A DNA stretch of 64,000 bases from Candidatus Fermentibacteraceae bacterium. Its GTDB lineage: Bacteria > Fermentibacterota > Fermentibacteria > Fermentibacterales > JCC-6. The position numbers and the translations under genes were made by a program. Below, one piece after another: positions 27,448 through 36,836 of this stretch (its first letter is position 1; each line of letters starts with the position of its first letter). The stretch is taken from contig JBGSZS010000004.1 of the NCBI GenBank assembly GCA_041750285.1, forward strand, positions 160,001-224,000, read 5' to 3'. The notes under the pieces were generated by a model. It saw only the letters and a list, made by a program, of their open reading frames with translations, was not told where the DNA came from and did not search any database.

Positions 27448-29234
27448 CAGGACGAAACCGCCCGGACCTGGGACTCGAGCCTGTAATTCATGGCTGCCAC
27501 CTTCACTTCCTCGTCATCGTCTGCAGTGACCCTGACCACTTCCTCGAGAGTGGTGACACCGTGCTTGAGCTTCTCGACGGCGTCCATGCGCAGGGTTCTC
27601 ATGCCGCTGCGTACCGCGAGCAGCCTGAGCTGTGCCGCGGTCTCCCTGTCGATAATCGCCTGTTTCATCGCCTTGTCCAGCGTGAGGACTTCGTAGAGAC
27701 CGATCCTGCCCTTGTAGCCTGAACCGTTGCACCTTGCGCACCCCTTGCCCCTCTGGGTCTTGGCGCCGGCCATTTCAGCCGGGTCGATGCCCGCTTCAAT
27801 ATAATCATCCGTCGCAAATGTGAAAGGTTCGCGGCAGTATTTGCATATCTTCTTGACCAGCCTCTGGGCCATTATGGTCCTGACGGCGCTGGCCACAAGG
27901 AACGGCTTTATGCCGATGTCGACGAGACGGTTGATCGTGCTTGGGGCATCGTTGGTGTGGATGGTCGAGAAGACCAGGTGGCCCGTGAGGGAAGCCTTGA
28001 TGGCTATGGACGCGGTCTCGAGGTCACGGATCTCCCCCACCATGATGATGTTGGGGTCCTGCCGCAGAATGCTTCTGAGGGCAGTTGCGAAGGTGTAGCC
28101 CATGCCGTGGTCTATCTGCGTCTGGACGATGCCGTCGATGTTGTACTCGACGGGATCCTCCGCGGTGTGGATGTTCACGGCCGGCGTGTTCAGGCTGCTC
28201 AGCGCCGAGTAGAGCGTGGTGGTCTTGCCGCTTCCCGTCGGACCCGTGACGAGGACGATGCCGAACGGTGAACTCACGCCTGCCATGAACTTCTTGAGCG
28301 CGTCTTCAGGAAAGCCGAGCTGCCTGAGATCGAACTCGAGGTTGCCGCGGTCGAGGATCCGGAGCACGATCTTCTCGCCGTTCACCGTCGGGACCGCGTT
28401 CACCCTGAAGTCGATTATGCGGTTGTCCACCTTTGCCTTGATGCGGCCGTCCTGTGTGCGCCTTCGTTCAGCTATGTTCATGCCCGACATGATCTTGAGC
28501 CTTGATAGAATGGAGGGCTGAACCGTCTTGGGAAGCCTTATGACCTCGTGGCAGGTCCCATCCCTCCGATACCTTATCCTGAGGAACTTCTCGTACGGTT
28601 CGATGTGGATGTCGCTCGATTCGGTCTTTACCGCCTCGGCTATCATCTTGTCCACGAACCTGACGATGGGCTCGTCCTTGTCCGTCAAAAGGCTGTCGTC
28701 GGTACGCTCGTCGTCGTCGATACCGGGGTCGAGGCTCGCCACCTCGACTATGCCGTCTTCGTCCTCGTCGTACTGGTTGAGGGTGGATTCGACGCTGACA
28801 AGGGAATCGCGGCGGCCGTAGATCTCGTCGAGAGCACGGCGCAGGGCCGAGGGGGACGAGGCGTAGACGACGATCTCGCAGCCCGTGGCGAACTTGACCT
28901 CGTCGACTGCGTACATGTTGGCGGGCTGGGCCATGGCAACCATGACGGTGCTGCCCTCGCGCTCGAGGGGAACGACCATGTGTTCCCTCGCGGTGCTCTC
29001 GGGTATGATCTTGGCGGCGTCGTCGGGAAAGGCGGTTTCGTTGAGGTAAACGGGATCGACGCTGTAGATGTCGGCCAGAAACTCGGTGATGAGCTCTTCG
29101 GTGACCTGCCCCCGGAGGACCATTGCCTCGGCGAGTTCCACCTCGCCGGGACCCCACTCCCCCGCTATGGTGTCGATCTCGTCCTGCGTGGCCAGGCCCG
29201 CCTGAACAAGCATCATGGAAAGCCTTGTCTGCAT
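27447..29234 (-). CDS. pilB: Type IV pilus extension ATPase, paralog with degenerate MshEN
   Basis: SDIHIEP, GPTGSGKTTT, TAEDPVE, LRQDPNIIMVGEIRD, tetracysteine CKYC/CARC. Confidence 0.93.
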   Translation of the reverse strand: MQTRLSMMLVQAGLATQDEIDTIAGEWGPGEVELAEAMVLRGQVTEELITEFLADIYSVDPVYLNETAFPDDAAKIIPESTAREHMVVPLEREGSTVMVAMAQPANMYAVDEVKFATGCEIVVYASSPSALRRALDEIYGRRDSLVSVESTLNQYDEDEDGIVEVASLDPGIDDDERTDDSLLTDKDEPIVRFVDKMIAEAVKTESSDIHIEPYEKFLRIRYRRDGTCHEVIRLPKTVQPSILSRLKIMSGMNIAERRRTQDGRIKAKVDNRIIDFRVNAVPTVNGEKIVLRILDRGNLEFDLRQLGFPEDALKKFMAGVSSPFGIVLVTGPTGSGKTTTLYSALSSLNTPAVNIHTAEDPVEYNIDGIVQTQIDHGMGYTFATALRSILRQDPNIIMVGEIRDLETASIAIKASLTGHLVFSTIHTNDAPSTINRLVDIGIKPFLVASAVRTIMAQRLVKKICKYCREPFTFATDDYIEAGIDPAEMAGAKTQRGKGCARCNGSGYKGRIGLYEVLTLDKAMKQAIIDRETAAQLRLLAVRSGMRTLRMDAVEKLKHGVTTLEEVVRVTADDDEEVKVAAMNYRLESQVRAVSS

Positions 29235-29242
29235 TGCTCTTC

Positions 29243-31006
29243 CTAGAAGTTGGCCACTGTTTCCCTCACGACCTCCTGAAAGGTTGTGAGACCCATCTCA
29301 AGCTTGCGCAGGGCCGCTTCGCGAAGGTTTATCATGCCCCGGGCCAGTGCGGTCTTCTCGAGTTCGATGCTGTTGGCGTCGTTTTCGATGAGGGCGCGCA
29401 TCTCCTCGTCGACCGTCATGACCTCGTATATGCCTATCCGGCCCTTGTAGCCCGTGTTGTTGCACTGGGGGCAGCCCGTGCCCTCGTAGAACGTGGTGGA
29501 ACTGAACCTGTCGGGGTCGACCCCGGCGTCTTCGAGCGCTTCCCGCGAGATGGAGACCGGTGTCTTGCAGTTCTTGCAGATCTTGCGGATGAGCCGCTGG
29601 CTGCACACGCAGATCAGCGAGGTGCTGAGCATGTAGGGCTCGGTTCCCATGTCGACGAGGCGGTTGATCGTGCTGGGGGCGTCGTTGGTGTGAACGGTGG
29701 AGAGCACCAGGTGCCCCGTGAGGGCTGCCCTGATGGCTATCTCGCTTGTCTCCTTGTCGCGGATCTCGCCCACCATGATGATGTCGGGGTCCTGCCTGAG
29801 GTACGCCCTGAGGGCCATCGCGAAATTTAGACCAACATCCTCGTTCATCTGGACCTGGTTGATGCCCTTGAGGTTGAACTCGACGGGGTTCTCGGCGGTC
29901 ATGATGTTCACGCCGACCTCGTTGAGCTCGCTGATGGCGCTATAAAGCGTGGTGGTCTTGCCGCTGCCCGAAGGGCCGGTGACAAGGGCAATGCCGTACG
30001 GCCTTTTTATCGCCCGGCGGAAGGCCTTGAGGGCCTCGGGTTCGAAACCCAGGGTTTCGAGATCGAGCGACACCTGTGACCTGTCGAGAAGCCTCAGCTC
30101 GACCTTTTCACCGAACAGGGTGGGCAGCGTGGAAACTCGCATGTCGACGAACCTGTCGCCGACCCTGATCTTGGTCCTGCCGTCCTGCGGGAGGTGGTGC
30201 TCGGCGATGTTCATGCCGCCGAGGATCTTCAAACGGCTGACCATGGCGAGGCGGTACTTCCTGCTGGGCCTCATTATCTCGTGCAGCACGCCGTCGATGC
30301 GGTAGCGTATCCTGACGTACTTCTCGAACGGTTCGAAATGAATGTCGCTGGCGCCGCGCTTCACTGCGTCGGCCACCACGCGGTTCACGAGCTTTACGAC
30401 GGGGGAATCGCTGGTGGAGACCGCGAGGTCTTCGTCGAGCTCCTCCTCCCCCTCCTCCTCCTCGATAAGGGAGAAGAAGGCCTCGTCACCAACAAGGAGC
30501 TCGTCATCGGGGCCTTTCATGACCTCTTCAACGGTCGTGTGGCCGTTCTTTCTGAGCTTCTCTTCGGAGACCGCAATGATGGCGTCCTCCTGGCGGTAGA
30601 TGCGGTCGAGTGCGCGCTGTATCATGCTGGAGGCGCAGATGTGGGGTTCGATCTCCATGCCCAGTGAAAAGCGCAGGTCGTCTATCGTGAAGAGGTTGTG
30701 CGGATCGGCCATTGCCACGACGAGGGTTTTGCCCACCCTCTCCACGGGGATGACCTCGTAGCGTATGGCGAGCTTGGCCGGGATGAGCTGCAGCACCTCC
30801 GGTTCGATGCGCATCTTTTCGATGTTGATGGCCTCGATGCGTATCTGTCTGGAAAGGTAGCTGTTTAGGTCTTCCTCGTTGATGAGTTTCATGCGGACCA
30901 GGTTCAGGCCGAGCCTTCCGCCCTGGTCCCTCTGGGCATTCAACGCGCCCTCGAGCTGATCACGGGTGATGACACCGGCTTTCACCAGCATTTGGCCCAG
31001 TTTCAT
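29243..31006 (-). CDS. pilB: Type IV pilus extension ATPase, paralog with intact MshEN
   Basis: KLGQMLVKAGVITRDQLEGALNAQ..RLGLNLV; SDIHFEP, GPSGSGKTTT, TAENPVE, VGEIRD, CKNC/CPQC. Confidence 0.93.
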   Translation of the reverse strand: MKLGQMLVKAGVITRDQLEGALNAQRDQGGRLGLNLVRMKLINEEDLNSYLSRQIRIEAINIEKMRIEPEVLQLIPAKLAIRYEVIPVERVGKTLVVAMADPHNLFTIDDLRFSLGMEIEPHICASSMIQRALDRIYRQEDAIIAVSEEKLRKNGHTTVEEVMKGPDDELLVGDEAFFSLIEEEEGEEELDEDLAVSTSDSPVVKLVNRVVADAVKRGASDIHFEPFEKYVRIRYRIDGVLHEIMRPSRKYRLAMVSRLKILGGMNIAEHHLPQDGRTKIRVGDRFVDMRVSTLPTLFGEKVELRLLDRSQVSLDLETLGFEPEALKAFRRAIKRPYGIALVTGPSGSGKTTTLYSAISELNEVGVNIMTAENPVEFNLKGINQVQMNEDVGLNFAMALRAYLRQDPDIIMVGEIRDKETSEIAIRAALTGHLVLSTVHTNDAPSTINRLVDMGTEPYMLSTSLICVCSQRLIRKICKNCKTPVSISREALEDAGVDPDRFSSTTFYEGTGCPQCNNTGYKGRIGIYEVMTVDEEMRALIENDANSIELEKTALARGMINLREAALRKLEMGLTTFQEVVRETVANF

Positions 31007-31130
31007 CGATTCGTTCTCCTCTCAGACGGGCTGAGTGTTTACATGGACTTTCGAGAAGAGAATTGCCGTGTTATTCTGCAACAATTCCCCGTCAAGTCAA
31101 TGCCCCTGCGCCACTGGAAAAGGCTTCCCG

Positions 31131-34100
31131 TCAGAAGTTGATCATGACCCAGAGGTCGAGGCCGACATCGATCTGGTCGTACTGGGAGTTGACCTTGTCG
31201 GTCTTCCACCCGTAAATGGCTGTCAGTCCTGCCTGAACGGTGCCGAAATCGTAGTTGGCGTAGGGTTCTATCCGCCATTCCGTGCGGTCAGTCTGGAGGA
31301 TGTCGTCGCCGAAGTCACGGAATATCTCGCTTCTTGTGAGGCTTCGCGTGAGCTTGAGCCCCGTGGTGAGGTCGCTCTGGAAGCGCAGCCTGATCCTGTT
31401 GAGAAGGGGAAGCGGGATGGAGATGCCCTGGGGAGCCCTGAAGGCATAGGACAGGCCGATCTGGGTGGAGTGGCTGGTGCCTTCAGTTACGGCGCTGGTT
31501 CCCGTGAAGTTCCTGGTCTCGGTGAGGGTGATGTTGTCCGAGATCGTTATCTGAAGTTTGTTCTTGAGGTTGGCCGTGATCGAGGCGAGGGGGGCGAACC
31601 TGCGTGACACGGTCTCGCTGACCGGGACCTCCTCGCCATCCTCCACCCTGGATGCCGTGGTTGTCTCGATCCGGTAGCCTGAACTGACCGTGCCGGTGCG
31701 AAGGAAATCCAGCGGGGCGAGCCTCTCCAGGCCGCTCCAGGAAAGGGTCAGCGAGGGCCATGTGGTGGTCTGCTGTCTGTTCAGGTAACCGCTGTAGTAG
31801 CTTCTGGTGAGGGAGTTGCCGTACTCGGCCCTGAGGGAGAGCGTGCTGATCGGCCTCACTCCGCCTCCGAGCTGCATCGATTCGCCCTCGGTCCGGCTGT
31901 AGGGCGAAAGGCTGTCCAGCGTGTTCTCGATGCCGAACTGGTAACGCCAGGGCGGAAGGCTTTCGAGGGACTTGTAGGTCGTGGCGTTGGTGAATGAAAG
32001 GTTCAGAGTCGGGTCGGTTATGTTGTCCGCCCACTTCTCCAGCTGCATCAGCATCCACCTGGGGCTTCCCCGGGTCGCGGTTTCGTCCAGCCTCTCGTCC
32101 CTGAGCCGGGAGATCCTTCTCATTGTGTGGGAAAGGCCCAGCCTGAGTGTGTAGCGGAGGTTCGTCGACAGCCCTACATCGGGCAGTCCCAGTGTGTCGG
32201 CCCCCTGTGTATGGGGGCTGAGCCTTCCCATGGAATAGTTCGAGTCGAAACTCACCCTGGGTATCACGTAGCTCCAGAGGTTGATGTCCTGCGCGGCGGA
32301 GAGGCTCTGGTTGCGGGAAACCTCCCTGCCCACGTTCACGGAACTCCCTTCGGGGTTCCACGGGTAGTACATGTCCCTCCCGACGGCCAGGGAGTACGAA
32401 AGTGAGTTACCCTTCCAGAAGTTGAAACCGACCGAGCCGTCGGTGGTCAGCTCCCTCTGGGTGTTGTTCCGGGTCTGGACGGTGTCTTCCGAGGCAACGT
32501 CCCACCTCACGTCGCGGCTCCGTTCGAACTTCACGCCGAAACCGAACCTTGTGGGCCTTATCCTGAAGTCTTCGAGGACCGGCAGGCGGAAGAGCCTCAT
32601 CCTCCCCAGGGATATGTCGTAGCCCACTGTGAACCTCTCGCTTGAGAGCGAGTCGGTACCCGACGGGGAAAGACCGGTCTGCTCGCCCATGGTGTGCCTG
32701 AAGGTCCACGGGTCAAGGAAGTACCTTCCAACGAGGCCTTCGGCCCGGATGTTGCGGCGCCACTGAACCGAAGTGTCCCACGTGTTGTTGTCGGTGCGCT
32801 GGAACCACGAGTCCGCGCCCTCGATGCGAACGTCGCTGTTGGTCTGAAAGCGCGGTTCGGAAAGGGTGCGGCTCCATGCGTAGGTGGCCGGCAGCGACCA
32901 TCCCCACCTTGGAGGTGTGAAACGGTCGAGATTGAACGTGGTGTTGGCCGAGTAACGGGTGGTCGTCTTGCCGGTGCCGGTGTTGGTCCCCAGGCTGTGG
33001 AAGTCGGCGTCCACCATCCTGTAGTCACCCTTCAGGGTGAGGAGGTCGGCAAAGTCCACCTGGCCGGTCAGTCTGTGGGCGTAGCCATCGTCCTGGTAAC
33101 GGTTCCGCAGTGTGATGTCGTTGATCCAGACCTCGGTGGAAAGGGGCGTGGTCGCGTTGTTGCGAAGGCCCAGGGCCAGGGTGAGCACGTTGGCGAAGGT
33201 GGGGCTTCCCCGCACCGACAGGTTGCCCGAGCTTATGTAGTCCAGCCCCTGCTGCTCCATGAGGGTTTTCAGGTCAACCAGATCCTGGATGGGGATGTCG
33301 ATGACCTGCCACCCCTGCTGCAGGGGCACCTCCAGCTCGTAGTAGTTGAGGCTGTCACGGCCGATCTGGAAGAAGGCCAGCCCCTGGGTGGTGTTGCCCC
33401 TGACCAGTATCCGGTAGCTCTGGTACGCCGTGTAGTCGGCCCCCGAGTAGAAGTTCTGCCTGGCCACGCCCTGATGCCCCCACAGAAGGTTGGCGCAGAC
33501 AAGGCTCAGGGACTGCTCGAGCTTGATGTTGCCGTAGTCGTCCCTGCCGGGGTTGACCCCGGGCGGGGGGTCGTCGATGTAGTCCTGGTTTTCCCTGTTG
33601 TTCACCACGGAAACGGTGAACTGCTCGCCGGGCTGGACAGGGGGCACTATCGAGTCGGTGGCCCCGATGTTCCTTCTCTCCCACCGGTTCCCCACTATGC
33701 CCATCTCGTACACCTCGAGCGTGTCGGACTGGGCGAACCCTTCCGTCCAGACCCTGGCGAAGACGATCTTGCTCCATGTAGGCTCGCCCGTGACGAAATC
33801 GGGAACCGTTATGAGAAGGGAGTCGTTCAGGGGAACGCTGATGAGCATCCACCCGTACTCGTTGGGTCCGTGGACGATGTAGTCGGGGTCGTCGAGGGGT
33901 ATCCGCACCCTGAAGAAGGTGTCGGCCGTGTCCAGAACGCCGTTGCGGTTGAGGTCTTCGGTGTCGAGTTTGGTGTTGCCCTCGGTGCCGTTGATCTTCT
34001 TGAACCAGTCTTCCCGGGGAACGCCTGATCCGTATTCGAGTTCGTAATCGTCCTGGTTGGGATCGGGATTGCCGGCAGAATAGTCCGGTTCCTCGGGGTT

Positions 34101-36698
34101 CATCAGGCCGTCGTATCCGGTGTTCTCATCGTTGGAGAGGATGCCGTCCTCGTTCTTGTCTTCGGTGTCGAGCTGGCCGTTGGCCCGCATGACCGTTCCG
34201 CTTCCCACCCGCTCGGGCCAGTACGAGTCCTCGCTCATCCGCTCACCGAGATCGATGTAGAGCGATGCCTGCTGGGCCGAACCGGTTGCCCTTACGTAAA
34301 GCGAGATGTGGGTGCGGGTCGAGAAGTCCACACCGTACCTGTCCAGGCACCGCATGACGCCGGCCCATGAATCGGTGCCGCCCTCGGGCTGGAAGAAGAG
34401 CTGCATGACATTGGCTTCCTCGGAGGCGTTGGTTCCGGTCAACCCGGGTACGATGTCCCCCACGTGCCAGCGGTTGGGCCACGACCACCAGCGCATGCGT
34501 CCCGCCAGTGACTCGCCTCCGGCAAATGGAAGTGACGCGAAAGACCAGGCCTCCCTGGACTGCCCAAGGGGGAAGACTGACTGGCTGCCCTCCATGTCGT
34601 CTATGTAGGCCACCCTGCCGCCACCGGGCATGCTCATGGCAACCTCGCCCGAGACCAGAACGCTGCTCTCGGCTTCGGTGCGGACCAGCGGAAGGGCGTT
34701 CACGGCATCGGTGAGGAATTCGGGTCTGACCTCGTAACGGGCATCGAGGTCCATCACCAGTGTGTTGTAGGCCTCCTCGCCGGGCGAGGGCCTGTCCTCC
34801 GGATTGGATGCGCTTTCGTACATGACGGTTGCGCCCACCCAGGAAAGCCTTCCCATCTGATACTTCATCCGTGTGCCGAAAAGCGTCTTGGACATCTGCG
34901 CGAAGAACGGCAGGTACTCGAAGGTCACCCTGAGGGTGTTCGCAGGGTCCTGGGCGAGTTCGGCCGCCTCACCCATCAGGGAGAGCAGGCCGATCTCGTA
35001 GATGATCGTGTAGTCGGTGTCACGCACGAGTTCCCGGGACTGCCCGGCCACGGTGAGGGTGACCCTTTCGCTTCCGGGGACCAGGCCCATCCTGCCGAGC
35101 GAATACGTGGTGCTCGCCGCCCTGAAGCTCACCCGCATGTAGTACTTGCTGAGGTTGGTGGGGGGGTTCTTCTCCGTGTAGACCTCGGGGTTCTTGACGT
35201 CAAGGACGTCGCTGGTGAACGGCCTGTTGTCGGGGAAGACTATGAAGCCGTTGTCCCAGTCCATCGTGGCGGTTTCGTCGATCATCGAGCCGTCGGCGTT
35301 GGTGTCCAGCCCGAGAAGCGCCAGGAAGGGGACGCCGTCCTGGCTGGAGGTGGGCTCCTGTCCCGGGATGTCGAGGAATATGTCGCAGTTGAAGCTCTCT
35401 CTCACTATGTTGTTGGCACCCAGGTAGTAGCGGTTCCTGAACATGTACTGCCACGTGGGGTCGCTGGTCGTCGGGTTTTCGTTCTTGATCAGGAAAAGGT
35501 TGACTGCGCCCTCGGCAAGGGTGCCCAGGGTGTCACCGGATGCGGTGACCGCCCACACGGCAATCATGTGATTGGTGCTGACGGGAGTGATGAACCTTAT
35601 CGTCGATGCGTCCTCGAGGAGCACGTAGTCGAGGTCGAGGCCCGCCTGCAGTTCCTCCCAGTAGCCGGGCACCGTCAGGGTGCCCCCTCCCGGAGTGGGC
35701 ACGCTGGCGTTGCCCTGGAGGAAAAGAGGGTTCTGTGAGCCGTCGTCGCGGAACACCCGGAGGGCCGTGAGGACAGGCGCCTGAACCGTGTCGGGCACCA
35801 CTCCGAAAAAGTAGTTGTCGGCGGGGCGGATGTCGAGGATGGAGTCGGTCACCATCGTGGCCTGTCCCACGAATTCGGCGGATTCGGTGGAGCTGGCCTG
35901 CTTGCTGGCTATCGTCGTTATCTCGAGAGGACCCACCTGGGCTTCCACCTTGGCGCCGAACAGACCCTGCCCGGGGATGCTGTAGCTCACGAACTCGGGG
36001 CCGGTTATGGACAGGTTCACATCCCCCATCTCGATGGACCGGATGACCTCGTCGTCGAAGCCCGTGTACCTGAGCCTGACGTTGTAGTCGGGTTCGAGGG
36101 TCCTGCGGGTGTCGTGGTCGACCTGGACGTTGATCTTCTCGCCGATCGTGCCGTCGAGGTTGATGACAAGTTCCTGCTCCATCTTGAGGTCGGGGAAGTA
36201 GGAGGGGGTGACCCCCTCGGTGCTGACCATGTTGGGCCTTATGTGGCTGATCCCGGAGATGGTGATCTTCTGGTGGCCCGTTATGTCGAGCTGGCCGCCC
36301 TCGCCTATGACCCCGGCGATGCCCGGAGGCATTGCGAAGGGAAGGTAGATCGTGGGCACGAGCCTTCCCGACTCGTGGGACGACCTTACCGCGCTGGTGC
36401 TGTTGGTGAGCAGCCACCGCTTCCAGAGCGACCACTCGGTGAGGCGTGTCTTGGAGTCGGGAAGAAGCCAGACCCGTGACGGCGACACCGGGCGGCCCAT
36501 GTAGTAGAGCCGGTATGACAGGGCGGTTCCGGAGAGCGCGGGTGTGATCATCACCCTCGCATCGGGAAGCGTGACAAGCGAGGGTATCGAATCCTGGTAG
36601 AACGCGTTGGGGGGGCCGGCCGGAAGCCATGGGAAGGTTACCCCGGCGCCGAACACCGTTGCGAAGAGCAGAAGAAGAAGCAAGGATGGGTACTTCAT
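31131..36698 (-). CDS. sprA: SprA/Sov-like giant outer-membrane beta-barrel (T9SS translocon homologue), about 1855 aa
   Basis: Signal peptide MKYPSLLLLLLFATVFG; SprA-type motifs GTIGEKINVQVD, YTGFDDEVIRSIEMGDV, GLFGAK, PGSERV, AYIDDMEGS, DTEDLNRNG, VWIND, DADFHS; terminal Phe strand. Confidence 0.82.
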   Translation of the reverse strand: MKYPSLLLLLLFATVFGAGVTFPWLPAGPPNAFYQDSIPSLVTLPDARVMITPALSGTALSYRLYYMGRPVSPSRVWLLPDSKTRLTEWSLWKRWLLTNSTSAVRSSHESGRLVPTIYLPFAMPPGIAGVIGEGGQLDITGHQKITISGISHIRPNMVSTEGVTPSYFPDLKMEQELVINLDGTIGEKINVQVDHDTRRTLEPDYNVRLRYTGFDDEVIRSIEMGDVNLSITGPEFVSYSIPGQGLFGAKVEAQVGPLEITTIASKQASSTESAEFVGQATMVTDSILDIRPADNYFFGVVPDTVQAPVLTALRVFRDDGSQNPLFLQGNASVPTPGGGTLTVPGYWEELQAGLDLDYVLLEDASTIRFITPVSTNHMIAVWAVTASGDTLGTLAEGAVNLFLIKNENPTTSDPTWQYMFRNRYYLGANNIVRESFNCDIFLDIPGQEPTSSQDGVPFLALLGLDTNADGSMIDETATMDWDNGFIVFPDNRPFTSDVLDVKNPEVYTEKNPPTNLSKYYMRVSFRAASTTYSLGRMGLVPGSERVTLTVAGQSRELVRDTDYTIIYEIGLLSLMGEAAELAQDPANTLRVTFEYLPFFAQMSKTLFGTRMKYQMGRLSWVGATVMYESASNPEDRPSPGEEAYNTLVMDLDARYEVRPEFLTDAVNALPLVRTEAESSVLVSGEVAMSMPGGGRVAYIDDMEGSQSVFPLGQSREAWSFASLPFAGGESLAGRMRWWSWPNRWHVGDIVPGLTGTNASEEANVMQLFFQPEGGTDSWAGVMRCLDRYGVDFSTRTHISLYVRATGSAQQASLYIDLGERMSEDSYWPERVGSGTVMRANGQLDTEDKNEDGILSNDENTGYDGLMNPEEPDYSAGNPDPNQDDYELEYGSGVPREDWFKKINGTEGNTKLDTEDLNRNGVLDTADTFFRVRIPLDDPDYIVHGPNEYGWMLISVPLNDSLLITVPDFVTGEPTWSKIVFARVWTEGFAQSDTLEVYEMGIVGNRWERRNIGATDSIVPPVQPGEQFTVSVVNNRENQDYIDDPPPGVNPGRDDYGNIKLEQSLSLVCANLLWGHQGVARQNFYSGADYTAYQSYRILVRGNTTQGLAFFQIGRDSLNYYELEVPLQQGWQVIDIPIQDLVDLKTLMEQQGLDYISSGNLSVRGSPTFANVLTLALGLRNNATTPLSTEVWINDITLRNRYQDDGYAHRLTGQVDFADLLTLKGDYRMVDADFHSLGTNTGTGKTTTRYSANTTFNLDRFTPPRWGWSLPATYAWSRTLSEPRFQTNSDVRIEGADSWFQRTDNNTWDTSVQWRRNIRAEGLVGRYFLDPWTFRHTMGEQTGLSPSGTDSLSSERFTVGYDISLGRMRLFRLPVLEDFRIRPTRFGFGVKFERSRDVRWDVASEDTVQTRNNTQRELTTDGSVGFNFWKGNSLSYSLAVGRDMYYPWNPEGSSVNVGREVSRNQSLSAAQDINLWSYVIPRVSFDSNYSMGRLSPHTQGADTLGLPDVGLSTNLRYTLRLGLSHTMRRISRLRDERLDETATRGSPRWMLMQLEKWADNITDPTLNLSFTNATTYKSLESLPPWRYQFGIENTLDSLSPYSRTEGESMQLGGGVRPISTLSLRAEYGNSLTRSYYSGYLNRQQTTTWPSLTLSWSGLERLAPLDFLRTGTVSSGYRIETTTASRVEDGEEVPVSETVSRRFAPLASITANLKNKLQITISDNITLTETRNFTGTSAVTEGTSHSTQIGLSYAFRAPQGISIPLPLLNRIRLRFQSDLTTGLKLTRSLTRSEIFRDFGDDILQTDRTEWRIEPYANYDFGTVQAGLTAIYGWKTDKVNSQYDQIDVGLDLWVMINF

Positions 36699-36836
36699 AC
36701 GTGCAGGTAACTGTACTCCCGCCCCATGGGCTTGTTCCAGATTCTGTGCCGAAAGGACTGTATAACATTCCCTTAAAACCCCGTTCATGCAAGCGGGGTC
36801 ACGGGCGGGTGCGGCGCTGGACTATATTGGCACGCC

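Noticed and set aside
36699..36788. ORF-track N-terminal extensions (sprA 36788, nadC 8740, coaC 6914, serC 39691, pilA 22087, lptG 38039)
   Set aside because: Downstream starts fit better with RBS, gene overlaps, signal peptides and family N-termini.
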